Of a stretch of 64,000 nt of DNA, positions 42,350 to 50,398 are shown piece after piece. Position 1 is the stretch's first letter. Every line of letters starts with the position of its first letter. A program made the translations under genes and the position numbers. The DNA is from Candidatus Krumholzibacteriota bacterium. GTDB taxonomy: Bacteria; Krumholzibacteriota; Krumholzibacteriia; LZORAL124-64-63. The stretch covers positions 32,001 to 96,000 of the forward strand of contig JBDLKA010000001.1 in assembly GCA_039714075.1 (NCBI GenBank), in the 5' to 3' direction. The notes beneath the pieces were generated by a model that made no database searches, was not told the origin of the DNA, and worked only from the letters and a program-made list of their open reading frames with translations.

Positions 42350-43254
42350 CGCCTTCCGCCTGGGACCAGGCCCTGGACAATTTCCTGGCCCACTGCGGCG
42401 CGGAAAAGGGGCTGGCCGCGGCCAGCCTGGAGGCGGCCCGTTTCGACCTGGCCCGGCTGCGGAAGTGGGCCGAAGCGGAGGGCATCGGCGGTCCCTTGGC
42501 GATCCGCGACAAGCATCTGCGGGCCTTTCTCCTGGAGTCCGCCGGTGAGCTCGCCGCCACATCGCGGGCCCGTCTCCTTTCGACCCTGCGGGCATTTTTC
42601 AGGTTTCTCATGTCCGAGGGCCTGACGGACATCGATCCCACCAGCACGCTCATCGCCCCCCGGCGGGGCCGGAAACTTCCCCCGGTACTGACTCTCAAGC
42701 AGGTCGTCAGGCTGATCGAGGCGGTGGACGGAGCACGCCCCGCGGACCTGCGTGACCGCTCCATCCTCGAAGTCCTGTACGGGTGCGGCTGCCGGGTCAG
42801 TGAACTTTGCGGACTTGACGTGACCGACCTCGATCGCTCCGAAGCCACCCTGCTGCTGCGGGGCAAGGGCCGCAAGCAACGCCTGGTCCCGGTGGGCGAA
42901 CCCGCCCTGGAGGCGATGGGCCTGTACCTCCGCGCCGGGCGTCCGGAACATCTGGGGAAAAAATCCTGCGCCGCCCTTTTTCTCAACCAGAGGGGCGGCC
43001 GGTTGTCGCGGGTTTCGGTCTGGAACCTGCTCAAGAAAGCCGGTGCGGCGTCGGGGATGCCCGAAGGCCTGTCACCCCACACCCTGCGCCACACCTATGC
43101 CACCCACCTGCTGGAGGGTGGGGCCGACCTCAGAATCGTGCAGGAACTGCTCGGCCACGCGGATATCGGCACCACCGAGATCTACACCCATATCGACCGG
43201 GCCTGGCTCACCGAGGCCTGGCTGGGGGCCCATCCGCGGGCCAGGGAAAAATAG
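42346..43254 (+). CDS. xerD: Tyrosine recombinase XerD
   Basis: RDRSILEVLYGCGCRVSEL, GKGRKQRLVP, SPHTLRHTYATHLLEGGADLRIVQELLGHADIGTTEIYTH. Confidence 0.9.
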   Translation: MTPSAWDQALDNFLAHCGAEKGLAAASLEAARFDLARLRKWAEAEGIGGPLAIRDKHLRAFLLESAGELAATSRARLLSTLRAFFRFLMSEGLTDIDPTSTLIAPRRGRKLPPVLTLKQVVRLIEAVDGARPADLRDRSILEVLYGCGCRVSELCGLDVTDLDRSEATLLLRGKGRKQRLVPVGEPALEAMGLYLRAGRPEHLGKKSCAALFLNQRGGRLSRVSVWNLLKKAGAASGMPEGLSPHTLRHTYATHLLEGGADLRIVQELLGHADIGTTEIYTHIDRAWLTEAWLGAHPRAREK

Positions 43255-43289
43255 CCCGGACCGGGCCTCCGTCCCTTGAGCAGGGATCT

Positions 43290-43318
43290 TTGACATGGGG
43301 TCCCGCCGATGGTACTGT
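43290..43318 (+). promoter_or_regulatory. Putative sigma70 promoter for trpS-scpAB
   Basis: TTGACA-N17-TACTGT with an extended -10 TG. Confidence 0.65.
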
Positions 43319-43431
43319 TCCCCGATCATTTAAAGGCTTTCTACGGACGGGACACGGCGTTTCAGTGGTTGATCGCCTGGCTGCCAAACGGCTGGCGCCG
43401 GCCTCTTGCGGCGTCGGGAAGGGTATCGGAC

Positions 43432-44442
43432 TTGGATCAGGACAAAGCCAAAACTCCAGCCGGCCGGAAGGTCATCCTCAGCGGCATGCGCCCAACCGGA
43501 CGGTTGCACTGGGGCAATTACACGGGTGCCCTTGAAAACTGGAACAGGCTCCAGGAGGAGTACACCTGCCACTTCATGGTTGCCGACTGGCACGTCCTGA
43601 CCACGGCGCTGGACAAGGCCGCGGAGATCCAGGACAACAGCAGGCAGATGTATCTCGACTGGCTGGGGGCCGGGCTCGATCCCGAGAATTCGGTGCTGTT
43701 CATCCAGTCCCGGATCAAGGAACACGCGGAACTCTTTCTCCTGCTGTCCATGATGATCAGCATGGGCCGGCTGGAACGGAACCCGACCTTCAAGGAACAG
43801 ATCCGCGATCTGAACCTGGGCAATGAAATCAGTTTCGGACACCTGGGCTATCCCGTTCTGCAGGCCGCGGACATCCTCATGTACCGGGCCCACGCCGTGC
43901 CCGTGGGCGAGGATCAGCTGCCCCACCTGGAACTCACCCGGGAGATGGCCCGGCGTTTCAACCGGATTTTCGGTGACGTCTTTCCCGAACCGGAACCGCT
44001 GGTTACCAGATTCGCGCGCTTCCCCGGCACCGACGGCAAGCGGATGAGCAAATCCCTGGGCAATACCATCGAGATCTCAGCTTCCCCGGATGAGATCCGG
44101 CAGAAGATCAGGCCGGCCTTCACCGATCCCGCCCGACAGAGGAAATCGGATCCGGGGAACCCGGAAATCTGCGCCATCCATACCTGGTATCAGAAATTCA
44201 TGCCGGAAGCCGCCGAGGAAACCGCCCAGGAGTGCCGCACCGCGGCCCGGGGCTGTGTCGACTGCAAGATGAAGCTCGCCGACGGGGTCATCGAGCATTT
44301 CGCGCCCTTGCGGGAACGCCGGGCCGAGTTCGAGAAGGATCCCGTCAAACTCGATGAAATCATCCGCCACGGCTGCGAACGCGCCGGTGTGATCGCCGCC
44401 GGGACCATGGACGCCGTCCACGACGCCATGGGCATCGGTTGA
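43432..44442 (+). CDS. trpS: Tryptophanyl-tRNA synthetase (TTG start assumed; in-frame ATG at 43309)
   Basis: LSGMRPTGRLHWGN, YPVLQAADIL, VPVGEDQ, RMSKS. Confidence 0.96.
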   Translation: MDQDKAKTPAGRKVILSGMRPTGRLHWGNYTGALENWNRLQEEYTCHFMVADWHVLTTALDKAAEIQDNSRQMYLDWLGAGLDPENSVLFIQSRIKEHAELFLLLSMMISMGRLERNPTFKEQIRDLNLGNEISFGHLGYPVLQAADILMYRAHAVPVGEDQLPHLELTREMARRFNRIFGDVFPEPEPLVTRFARFPGTDGKRMSKSLGNTIEISASPDEIRQKIRPAFTDPARQRKSDPGNPEICAIHTWYQKFMPEAAEETAQECRTAARGCVDCKMKLADGVIEHFAPLRERRAEFEKDPVKLDEIIRHGCERAGVIAAGTMDAVHDAMGIG

Positions 44443-44465
44443 AAACGGAACGAGGTTCATTCAGC

Positions 44466-45380
44466 ATGGTGGACAACACCAACGAAGAGACAGCCAAGGA
44501 CGGGGGACCCGAATCCTGGAACCTGGAATCACTGCCGCCGGAGTTGGACTACTTCCGCTCCAGCGAGGCCTACCAGGTTGAATTGACCGGGTTCCAGGGA
44601 CCCATGGACCTGCTGCTGCACCTGATCGACCGGGAACAGGTGGACATCTACGACATCCCCATCTCCCGCATCACCGACCAGTTCATCCAGCACATCGAGA
44701 TCATGCAGACCATCAGCCTGGACAAGGCGGGCGAATTCATCGCCATGGCGGCCACGCTGATGGTCATCAAGATGAAGATGCTCATGCCTTCCCACACCGG
44801 CGACGAGGACGAGGACGAAGAGGATCCCCGCGCGGAACTGGTGCGGAAACTCCTGGAGTACCGGCGCTTCAAGGAAGCCGCGGAATCGCTTCAGAACCGG
44901 GAATCCGAAAGGCGCCAGTACCACCTGCGCAAGACCCGTTTCCCCTTCACCGAAGACCTGGATCTGGAGCCCAAACTCCGGATCGAGATGTATGATCTTC
45001 TTTCGGCCCTGGCCGGCATTTTCGACCGGATGCAGGCCCGCACCGTGCATGACGTCGTGCGCGAGGCCTTCACCGTCGAGGAGAAGATGTCGCTCATCGA
45101 GGAAAAGGTGGGGTCCGGCGGGACCGTCCGCTTCGAGGAGCTGTTCGCCGGCGATACGATCAAGATGGAAGTCATCGTCACCTTCATCGCCATCCTGGAA
45201 ATGGTCAAGCGGGGGCGGCTGCAGTTCATGCAGACCGAATCCGGAGGACCCATCTGGATCCAGCATCCCGGCGTTGACGAAGAGGTGGGCGAGCAGGTCG
45301 AACTGACCACCCTGGACGAGGACCACGCCACCGAACAACTGCCCGACGATACTGCCAACGAATTGGAGAACGAATCTTGA
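44466..45380 (+). CDS. scpA: Segregation and condensation protein A
   Basis: FQGPMDLLLHLI...IYDIPI, DPRAELV..LLEY, VTFIAILEM. Confidence 0.93.
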   Translation: MVDNTNEETAKDGGPESWNLESLPPELDYFRSSEAYQVELTGFQGPMDLLLHLIDREQVDIYDIPISRITDQFIQHIEIMQTISLDKAGEFIAMAATLMVIKMKMLMPSHTGDEDEDEEDPRAELVRKLLEYRRFKEAAESLQNRESERRQYHLRKTRFPFTEDLDLEPKLRIEMYDLLSALAGIFDRMQARTVHDVVREAFTVEEKMSLIEEKVGSGGTVRFEELFAGDTIKMEVIVTFIAILEMVKRGRLQFMQTESGGPIWIQHPGVDEEVGEQVELTTLDEDHATEQLPDDTANELENES

Positions 45381-46084
45381 AAAGGGAACTGGAAGCCCTG
45401 CTCTTCGCCACCGACAGCCCCCTGACCGCGGCCCGGCTGAAGAAGATCTTCCCGGAAGCCGAGACCGCGGATTTCAAGCAGCTGATCGGCGAACTGCAGG
45501 AGGAATTCGAATCTTCCGGCCATGCCTTCACCGTGGTCGAGTTCGGCGGCGGCTGGCAGATCGCCACCAAACCGGAATTCTCTCCCATCGTGGAAAAGCT
45601 GCTGAAGACCCGGCGGTTCACCCGGCTGTCCAAGGCGGGGCTCGAGGTCCTGGCGATCATCGCCTACCGGCAGCCCATCACCCGCCTGGAGGTGGATGAG
45701 ATCCGCGGGGTCAACAGCAGCGGCGCCATCAGCACCCTGACCGAACGCAATCTCGCAGCCGTGGTCGGGCGTTCCCAGACCGTGGGCAACCCCCTGCTTT
45801 ACGGCACCACGAGGGGATTCCTCAACCACCTGGGCCTTAAGGGACTGAACCAGCTGCCGGACCTGCCGGACATCGAGGGCGTCATGGCCGATCGTGACGA
45901 GTTGAAGGATTTCGCCAGCCAGGTCGGGCGCGATCTGTCCGAGGAGGAGTTGGAGGAATACTTCGCCACTCCCGAGGAAAACGACACTCCGGCGGACAAC
46001 GAACCGCCTACGGTTGAGGATGCTCCGGAAGATTCCCCTGAGGACACTCCTGAAGACACGCCCAAGGTCAACAGTGACTCATGA
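45377..46084 (+). CDS. scpB: Segregation and condensation protein B
   Basis: LEALLFA, LSKAGLEVLAIIAYRQPITR..V..IRGV, GNPLLYGTT..FL; acidic tail with four EDxP repeats. Confidence 0.95.
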   Translation: MKRELEALLFATDSPLTAARLKKIFPEAETADFKQLIGELQEEFESSGHAFTVVEFGGGWQIATKPEFSPIVEKLLKTRRFTRLSKAGLEVLAIIAYRQPITRLEVDEIRGVNSSGAISTLTERNLAAVVGRSQTVGNPLLYGTTRGFLNHLGLKGLNQLPDLPDIEGVMADRDELKDFASQVGRDLSEEELEEYFATPEENDTPADNEPPTVEDAPEDSPEDTPEDTPKVNSDS

Positions 46085-46820
46085 CCAGGGCATGCGCCTG
46101 AACCGCTTCCTGGCCCGGGCAGGGCTGGGCTCCCGCCGTTCGGTGGAAAGCCTGGTCACCACGGGCAAGGTGGCCATCAACGGGAAAAAGGTCACCGAAC
46201 TGGGGCGCCGGGTCCTGATCGGATCCGACCAGGTCACCGTCGACGGACTGCCGGTTACCATACCCGAAGGCTTTCGGGTCTACGCCTTCCACAAACCCCA
46301 GGGTGTCGTTTCCACGCTGGGGGCCCAGGGCGGCCAGCCTTCCCTTTTACCCTACCGGCGTCAATCGGATCTGCCGGATCGTTTTATGCCTGTCGGACGC
46401 CTTGACTCGGAGACCACGGGGTTGCTCCTTTGGACTGATGACGGCATCCTCAACCAGGATCTCTGCCGGCCCCGGTCCGGACTCTGGAAAACCTACGAGC
46501 TCGAGCTCAACGAGGAAGTGAACCGGGACAAGATCAAGACCCTGACGCAGGGTGGCATTGAAATCGACGGGCGGCCCTGCCTGCCGTGCCGTTTGAAGAT
46601 GAAACCCGGCGGGACCACCCTGCATTGGGTCATGGAAATCCATGAAGGGCGCCGGCGTCAGATTCGCCGTATGTTTCGGGCTGTGGGGCTGCGGGTCCTG
46701 AAGCTTCACCGGGTCGCCGTCGGTCCGGTCAAGCTGGGCAACCTCCGTCCGGGCGATTTCCGCAAACTGGACCACAACGAGGTGGAAAAACTGCGCGGTC
46801 AGCTGGAAAGCGATAAATGA
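46074..46820 (+). CDS. rluB: RsuA/RluB-family rRNA pseudouridine synthase
   Basis: S4 domain RLNRFLARAGLGSRR, HKP.GV, PVGRLD, EGRRRQIRRMF; follows scpB. Confidence 0.85.
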   Translation: MTHDQGMRLNRFLARAGLGSRRSVESLVTTGKVAINGKKVTELGRRVLIGSDQVTVDGLPVTIPEGFRVYAFHKPQGVVSTLGAQGGQPSLLPYRRQSDLPDRFMPVGRLDSETTGLLLWTDDGILNQDLCRPRSGLWKTYELELNEEVNRDKIKTLTQGGIEIDGRPCLPCRLKMKPGGTTLHWVMEIHEGRRRQIRRMFRAVGLRVLKLHRVAVGPVKLGNLRPGDFRKLDHNEVEKLRGQLESDK

Positions 46821-46861
46821 TTCCATCCGACCCGCATCGTGTGGAGCGAAGGGAAGTGCCG

Positions 46862-47977
46862 ATGGTTTTCAAGACGATGGATTTCAAAAGTCTTTTCCGT
46901 CCCGGGATCGTGGCCTCCAAACCCTACAGCCCGGGCCGCCCCATCGAGGAAGTCCAGCGCGAGCTGGGACTCGACCGCGTCATCAAGCTCGCCAGCAACG
47001 AGAACCCCGAAGGCCCCCTGCCCGCCGTGGTCGAGGCCATAAAAAAGGCCGCCCTGGAAATCAACCGCTACCCCGACGCGGCCTGCTATGAACTGACCCG
47101 GAAACTGGCGGCCCATCTGGGCGTGGAACCCGGTGCGCTGATTTTCGGCAACGGCAGCAACGAAGTCATCGACATCATGATCCGGGCCCTGGTTTCCCCC
47201 GGCGAAAACGTGGTGTTCAGCCACCACAGTTTCATCGTCTACCAGCTGACCACCAAGGTTCATTTCGAGTGCGGGAACCCGGTGCCCCTGACCGCAGACG
47301 ACAAGCACGATCTGGGCGCCATGGCCGCCGCGGTCAATGACCGGACCAAACTGGTCATTGTCTGCAACCCCAACAATCCCACCGGGACCTACAACACCCT
47401 GGACGAATTCAAGGCTTTCCTGGAAGAGATTCCGCCCAATGTGATCGTGGCTGTCGACGAAGCCTATTTCGAATATGTTTCGGCCACGGACTACCCGCAG
47501 ACCATGGCCCTGTTAAAGGATCATCCAAACCTTGTTCTTTTGCGGACTTTCAGTAAAATCCACTCACTGGCCGGGCTGCGGGTCGGGTACGGCATCGGCC
47601 ATCCCGATCTTATCGGCGAACTCCAGAAGACCCGCGAGCCCTTCAACGTCAACATGCTGAGCCAGGTCGCGGCCATGGCCTGCATCGACAACTGGCACGA
47701 GGTCGAAGGGCGGGCCCGGCGCAACCGGGAACAGCTGGAATGGATGGAAGGCGAGTTGGCCGCGCTGGGGCTCGAAGTGGTGCCCAGCCAGACCAATTTC
47801 ATTCTGGTCCGCACCCCCGGCAACGCCGGGGAATTGACCAAGGCCCTGCTGCACAAGGGCGTCATCGTCAGGCCCATGGATGCTTTCGGCCTGGGTGACG
47901 GGTCCCTGCGCATCAGCGTCGGACTGCCCGAGGAAAATCAACAGTGCCTGCAGGCACTCAAGGAGATCCTGTCCTGA
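46862..47977 (+). CDS. hisC: Histidinol-phosphate aminotransferase
   Basis: KLASNENP, GNGSNE, NPNNPTG, DEAY, RTFSKIHSLAGLRVGY. Confidence 0.93.
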   Translation: MVFKTMDFKSLFRPGIVASKPYSPGRPIEEVQRELGLDRVIKLASNENPEGPLPAVVEAIKKAALEINRYPDAACYELTRKLAAHLGVEPGALIFGNGSNEVIDIMIRALVSPGENVVFSHHSFIVYQLTTKVHFECGNPVPLTADDKHDLGAMAAAVNDRTKLVIVCNPNNPTGTYNTLDEFKAFLEEIPPNVIVAVDEAYFEYVSATDYPQTMALLKDHPNLVLLRTFSKIHSLAGLRVGYGIGHPDLIGELQKTREPFNVNMLSQVAAMACIDNWHEVEGRARRNREQLEWMEGELAALGLEVVPSQTNFILVRTPGNAGELTKALLHKGVIVRPMDAFGLGDGSLRISVGLPEENQQCLQALKEILS

Positions 47978-48813
47978 TGGGCGCACCACAACCAGGAAAA
48001 TCAACACCCCTGGTCAGCAGGAAACCCGGCCAGGAGTCCACCGTCGTGGCCGTGGGCGACGTGCGGTTCGGCTCTGCCCGGGTCGTTCTCATCGGCGGTC
48101 CCTGTTCGGTGGAAGACCGGGAGCAGATGATCCGCACCTCGGCCCACGTGGCTGCTGCCGGGGGCGCCATGCTGCGGGGCGGCGCCTGGAAACCCCGCAC
48201 CAATCCCTACGACTTCCAGGGGCTAGGCCCCGCCGGACTGGAACTGCTGGCCGAGGCGCGGAAGGCCTCGGGCCTGCCGGTGGTGACCGAGGTCCTGGAT
48301 CCCCGGGACGTGGAACTGGTGGCCGGTTTCGCCGACATGCTGCAGATCGGCAGCCGCAGTATCCAGAATTTCCCCCTGCTGCGCGAAGTGGGGGCCAGCG
48401 GCAAACCCGTCCTGTTGAAGCGGGGGATGATGACCACGGTCAGCGAATGGCTCAGCTCGGCCGAATACGTCCTGGCGGCGGGGGGCGCGGATCTCGTCTT
48501 CTGTGAGCGGGGCATCCGCACCTTCGAACCGGCCCTGCGCAACACCCTGGACATCGGCTCGGTGGCCGTCCTCAAAGAGACCACCCATCTGCCCGTGATC
48601 GTGGACCCCAGCCATGCCTCCGGCGATGTGCGCTACGTGGGCGCCCTGGCCCGCGCCGCGGTCGCCGCCGGCGCGGACGGTCTGCTGGTCGAAACACATT
48701 GCACACCCGCCCAGGCCCGCAGCGACGCCGCCCAATCCCTTGATCCATCCCAGTTCGAAGACCTGGCCGAATCCTGCCGCGCCGTCGCCCGCGCCGTGGG
48801 CCGGGATCTCTGA
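47977..48813 (+). CDS. aroF: DAHP synthase, type I-beta, catalytic barrel only
   Basis: GGPCSVE, RGGAWKPRT, QIGSR, LLKRG, CERGIRTF, VDPSHA. Confidence 0.9.
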   Translation: MGAPQPGKSTPLVSRKPGQESTVVAVGDVRFGSARVVLIGGPCSVEDREQMIRTSAHVAAAGGAMLRGGAWKPRTNPYDFQGLGPAGLELLAEARKASGLPVVTEVLDPRDVELVAGFADMLQIGSRSIQNFPLLREVGASGKPVLLKRGMMTTVSEWLSSAEYVLAAGGADLVFCERGIRTFEPALRNTLDIGSVAVLKETTHLPVIVDPSHASGDVRYVGALARAAVAAGADGLLVETHCTPAQARSDAAQSLDPSQFEDLAESCRAVARAVGRDL

Positions 48814-48814
48814 A

Positions 48815-50290
48815 ATGGCCGCTCCCCTGACTGACGAATTCCCGCCCTTGGATCCCGGGTTGATGCCCCGGGACGCGGTCATCGCCATCGACGGTCCCGC
48901 CGGCTCGGGGAAATCGACCACCGCCCGCGCCCTGGCCGAAACCTTCGGACTCCTGTACATCGACACCGGCGCCATGTACCGGGCCCTGACCCAGGCCGCC
49001 CTCGGTGCGGGCATCTCGCCCGGTGACGAAAATGCGCTGGTCGATCTGCTGGTCCAGGCCCGTCTGGAACTCAAGCCGGCCAAGGGCGAAGTCACCGTGT
49101 TCTGGAACGGGAAGGACGTGTCCCGGGCCATCCGCACCCCCGAAGTGGAGTCCTCGGTTTCCCTGGTCAGCAGCCATCCATCCGTGCGCAGGAACATGGT
49201 GGAGCGCCAGCAGGCCATCGGGCGCCGGGGCGGCGTGGTCATGGAGGGCCGGGACATCGGCAGCGTGGTGTTCCCCCTGGCCACGGCCAAGATTTTCCTG
49301 TCCGCTTCCCTTGCCGCCCGGGTCGAGCGCCGGTTCAAGCAGTACCAGCAACGGGGCCTGCAGGTTTCCGTCGAGGACCTGCGGCAGGATCTGGCGGAAC
49401 GGGACCGGCAGGACAGCGAACGGGAAACCAGCCCGCTGATGGTGTCACCGGACGCCATCGTGATCGACAGCAGCGATCTGAACCTGGAACAGCAGAATGA
49501 GGTGTGCGCCCGGGCCTGCCTGCTGAACCCTTCGTTGGACCGGGATATCGACAACGACATGGAAACGGCGCGGCTGGAACTACCTTGGCACTACCGTCTG
49601 GCCTATACCATGTTTACCTCCGTGGCCCGCTTCTACGGGTTGCGGCAGGTCGGTAACGAGGGTGGCGCGCTGCCACGGGGATGCATCGTCGCGGTCAACC
49701 ACGTCAGCAACTGGGATCCGCCCCTGATCGGTTCGACCTTCTGGCGGCATCCGGTCCACACCCTGGCCAAGGCCGAACTGTTCAAAATCCCGCCCATGGG
49801 CGCCTTTTTCCGCTGGATCGACAGCATTCCCATCCAGCGCAGGGGCTATGATGCCACCGCTTTCAGCAATGCGGCCGAGCACCTGGCCGACGGTTCCAAC
49901 CTGCTGATTTTTCCCGAGGGTACGAGGCGGGCCATCGGCCATCCCGGCCCGGTGCGCAACGGCCTGGGGATCCTGGTGCAGGCCACCAGGGCGCCCACCC
50001 TGCCCATCTTCATCCGCGGCAGCTACGGCCGCCGGCCCGGGGGATCCCACCAATCCCCCCTGGAAGTCCATTACGGTCCGATTATCCGCTGGCACGGCCT
50101 GCCCGCCCTTCTGGAAACCCTGGACAAGAAGGAAGTCAGCCGCCGGATCGGGCATCTGTGCGAAGCCGCGTTCCGGGAACTCCAGGCCCGGTCATTCGCT
50201 GAAAAGCCCCAAACAGCCTTTGAAAGGGAATTGGGGGCCAAGCAGGTGAAGAAATTCGCCATCCGCCAGCAGCAGGTTTTCGGCGGCTGA
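48815..50290 (+). CDS. cmk: Fused cytidylate kinase and 1-acyl-sn-glycerol-3-phosphate acyltransferase (Cmk-PlsC)
   Basis: IAIDGPAGSGKST, DTGAMYR, MEGRDIG and RD..DS.R..SPL, then NHVSNWD and FPEGTR in the same frame. Confidence 0.92.
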   Translation: MAAPLTDEFPPLDPGLMPRDAVIAIDGPAGSGKSTTARALAETFGLLYIDTGAMYRALTQAALGAGISPGDENALVDLLVQARLELKPAKGEVTVFWNGKDVSRAIRTPEVESSVSLVSSHPSVRRNMVERQQAIGRRGGVVMEGRDIGSVVFPLATAKIFLSASLAARVERRFKQYQQRGLQVSVEDLRQDLAERDRQDSERETSPLMVSPDAIVIDSSDLNLEQQNEVCARACLLNPSLDRDIDNDMETARLELPWHYRLAYTMFTSVARFYGLRQVGNEGGALPRGCIVAVNHVSNWDPPLIGSTFWRHPVHTLAKAELFKIPPMGAFFRWIDSIPIQRRGYDATAFSNAAEHLADGSNLLIFPEGTRRAIGHPGPVRNGLGILVQATRAPTLPIFIRGSYGRRPGGSHQSPLEVHYGPIIRWHGLPALLETLDKKEVSRRIGHLCEAAFRELQARSFAEKPQTAFERELGAKQVKKFAIRQQQVFGG

Positions 50291-50306
50291 TTTCCCCTCG
50301 GTATCC

Positions 50307-50335
50307 TTGCCAATATTGAACTTGCCCACTATATT
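50307..50335 (+). promoter_or_regulatory. Sigma70 promoter for rpsA
   Basis: TTGCCA-N17-TATATT followed by a leader hairpin (50345-50367) and AGGAGG. Confidence 0.7.
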
Positions 50336-50398
50336 CTCCAGTCTGCCGGGGACCGAGTGGTCCCGGCGTATTCATCTGTCACTAGGAGGCAACCTTTC

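Noticed and set aside
32420..43254. The two tyrosine recombinases as integrases of a mobile element
   Set aside because: Size, motifs and housekeeping synteny (trmFO-xerC-hslV; uvrC-xerD-trpS-scpA) indicate chromosomal XerC and XerD; no att repeats or cargo genes are evident.
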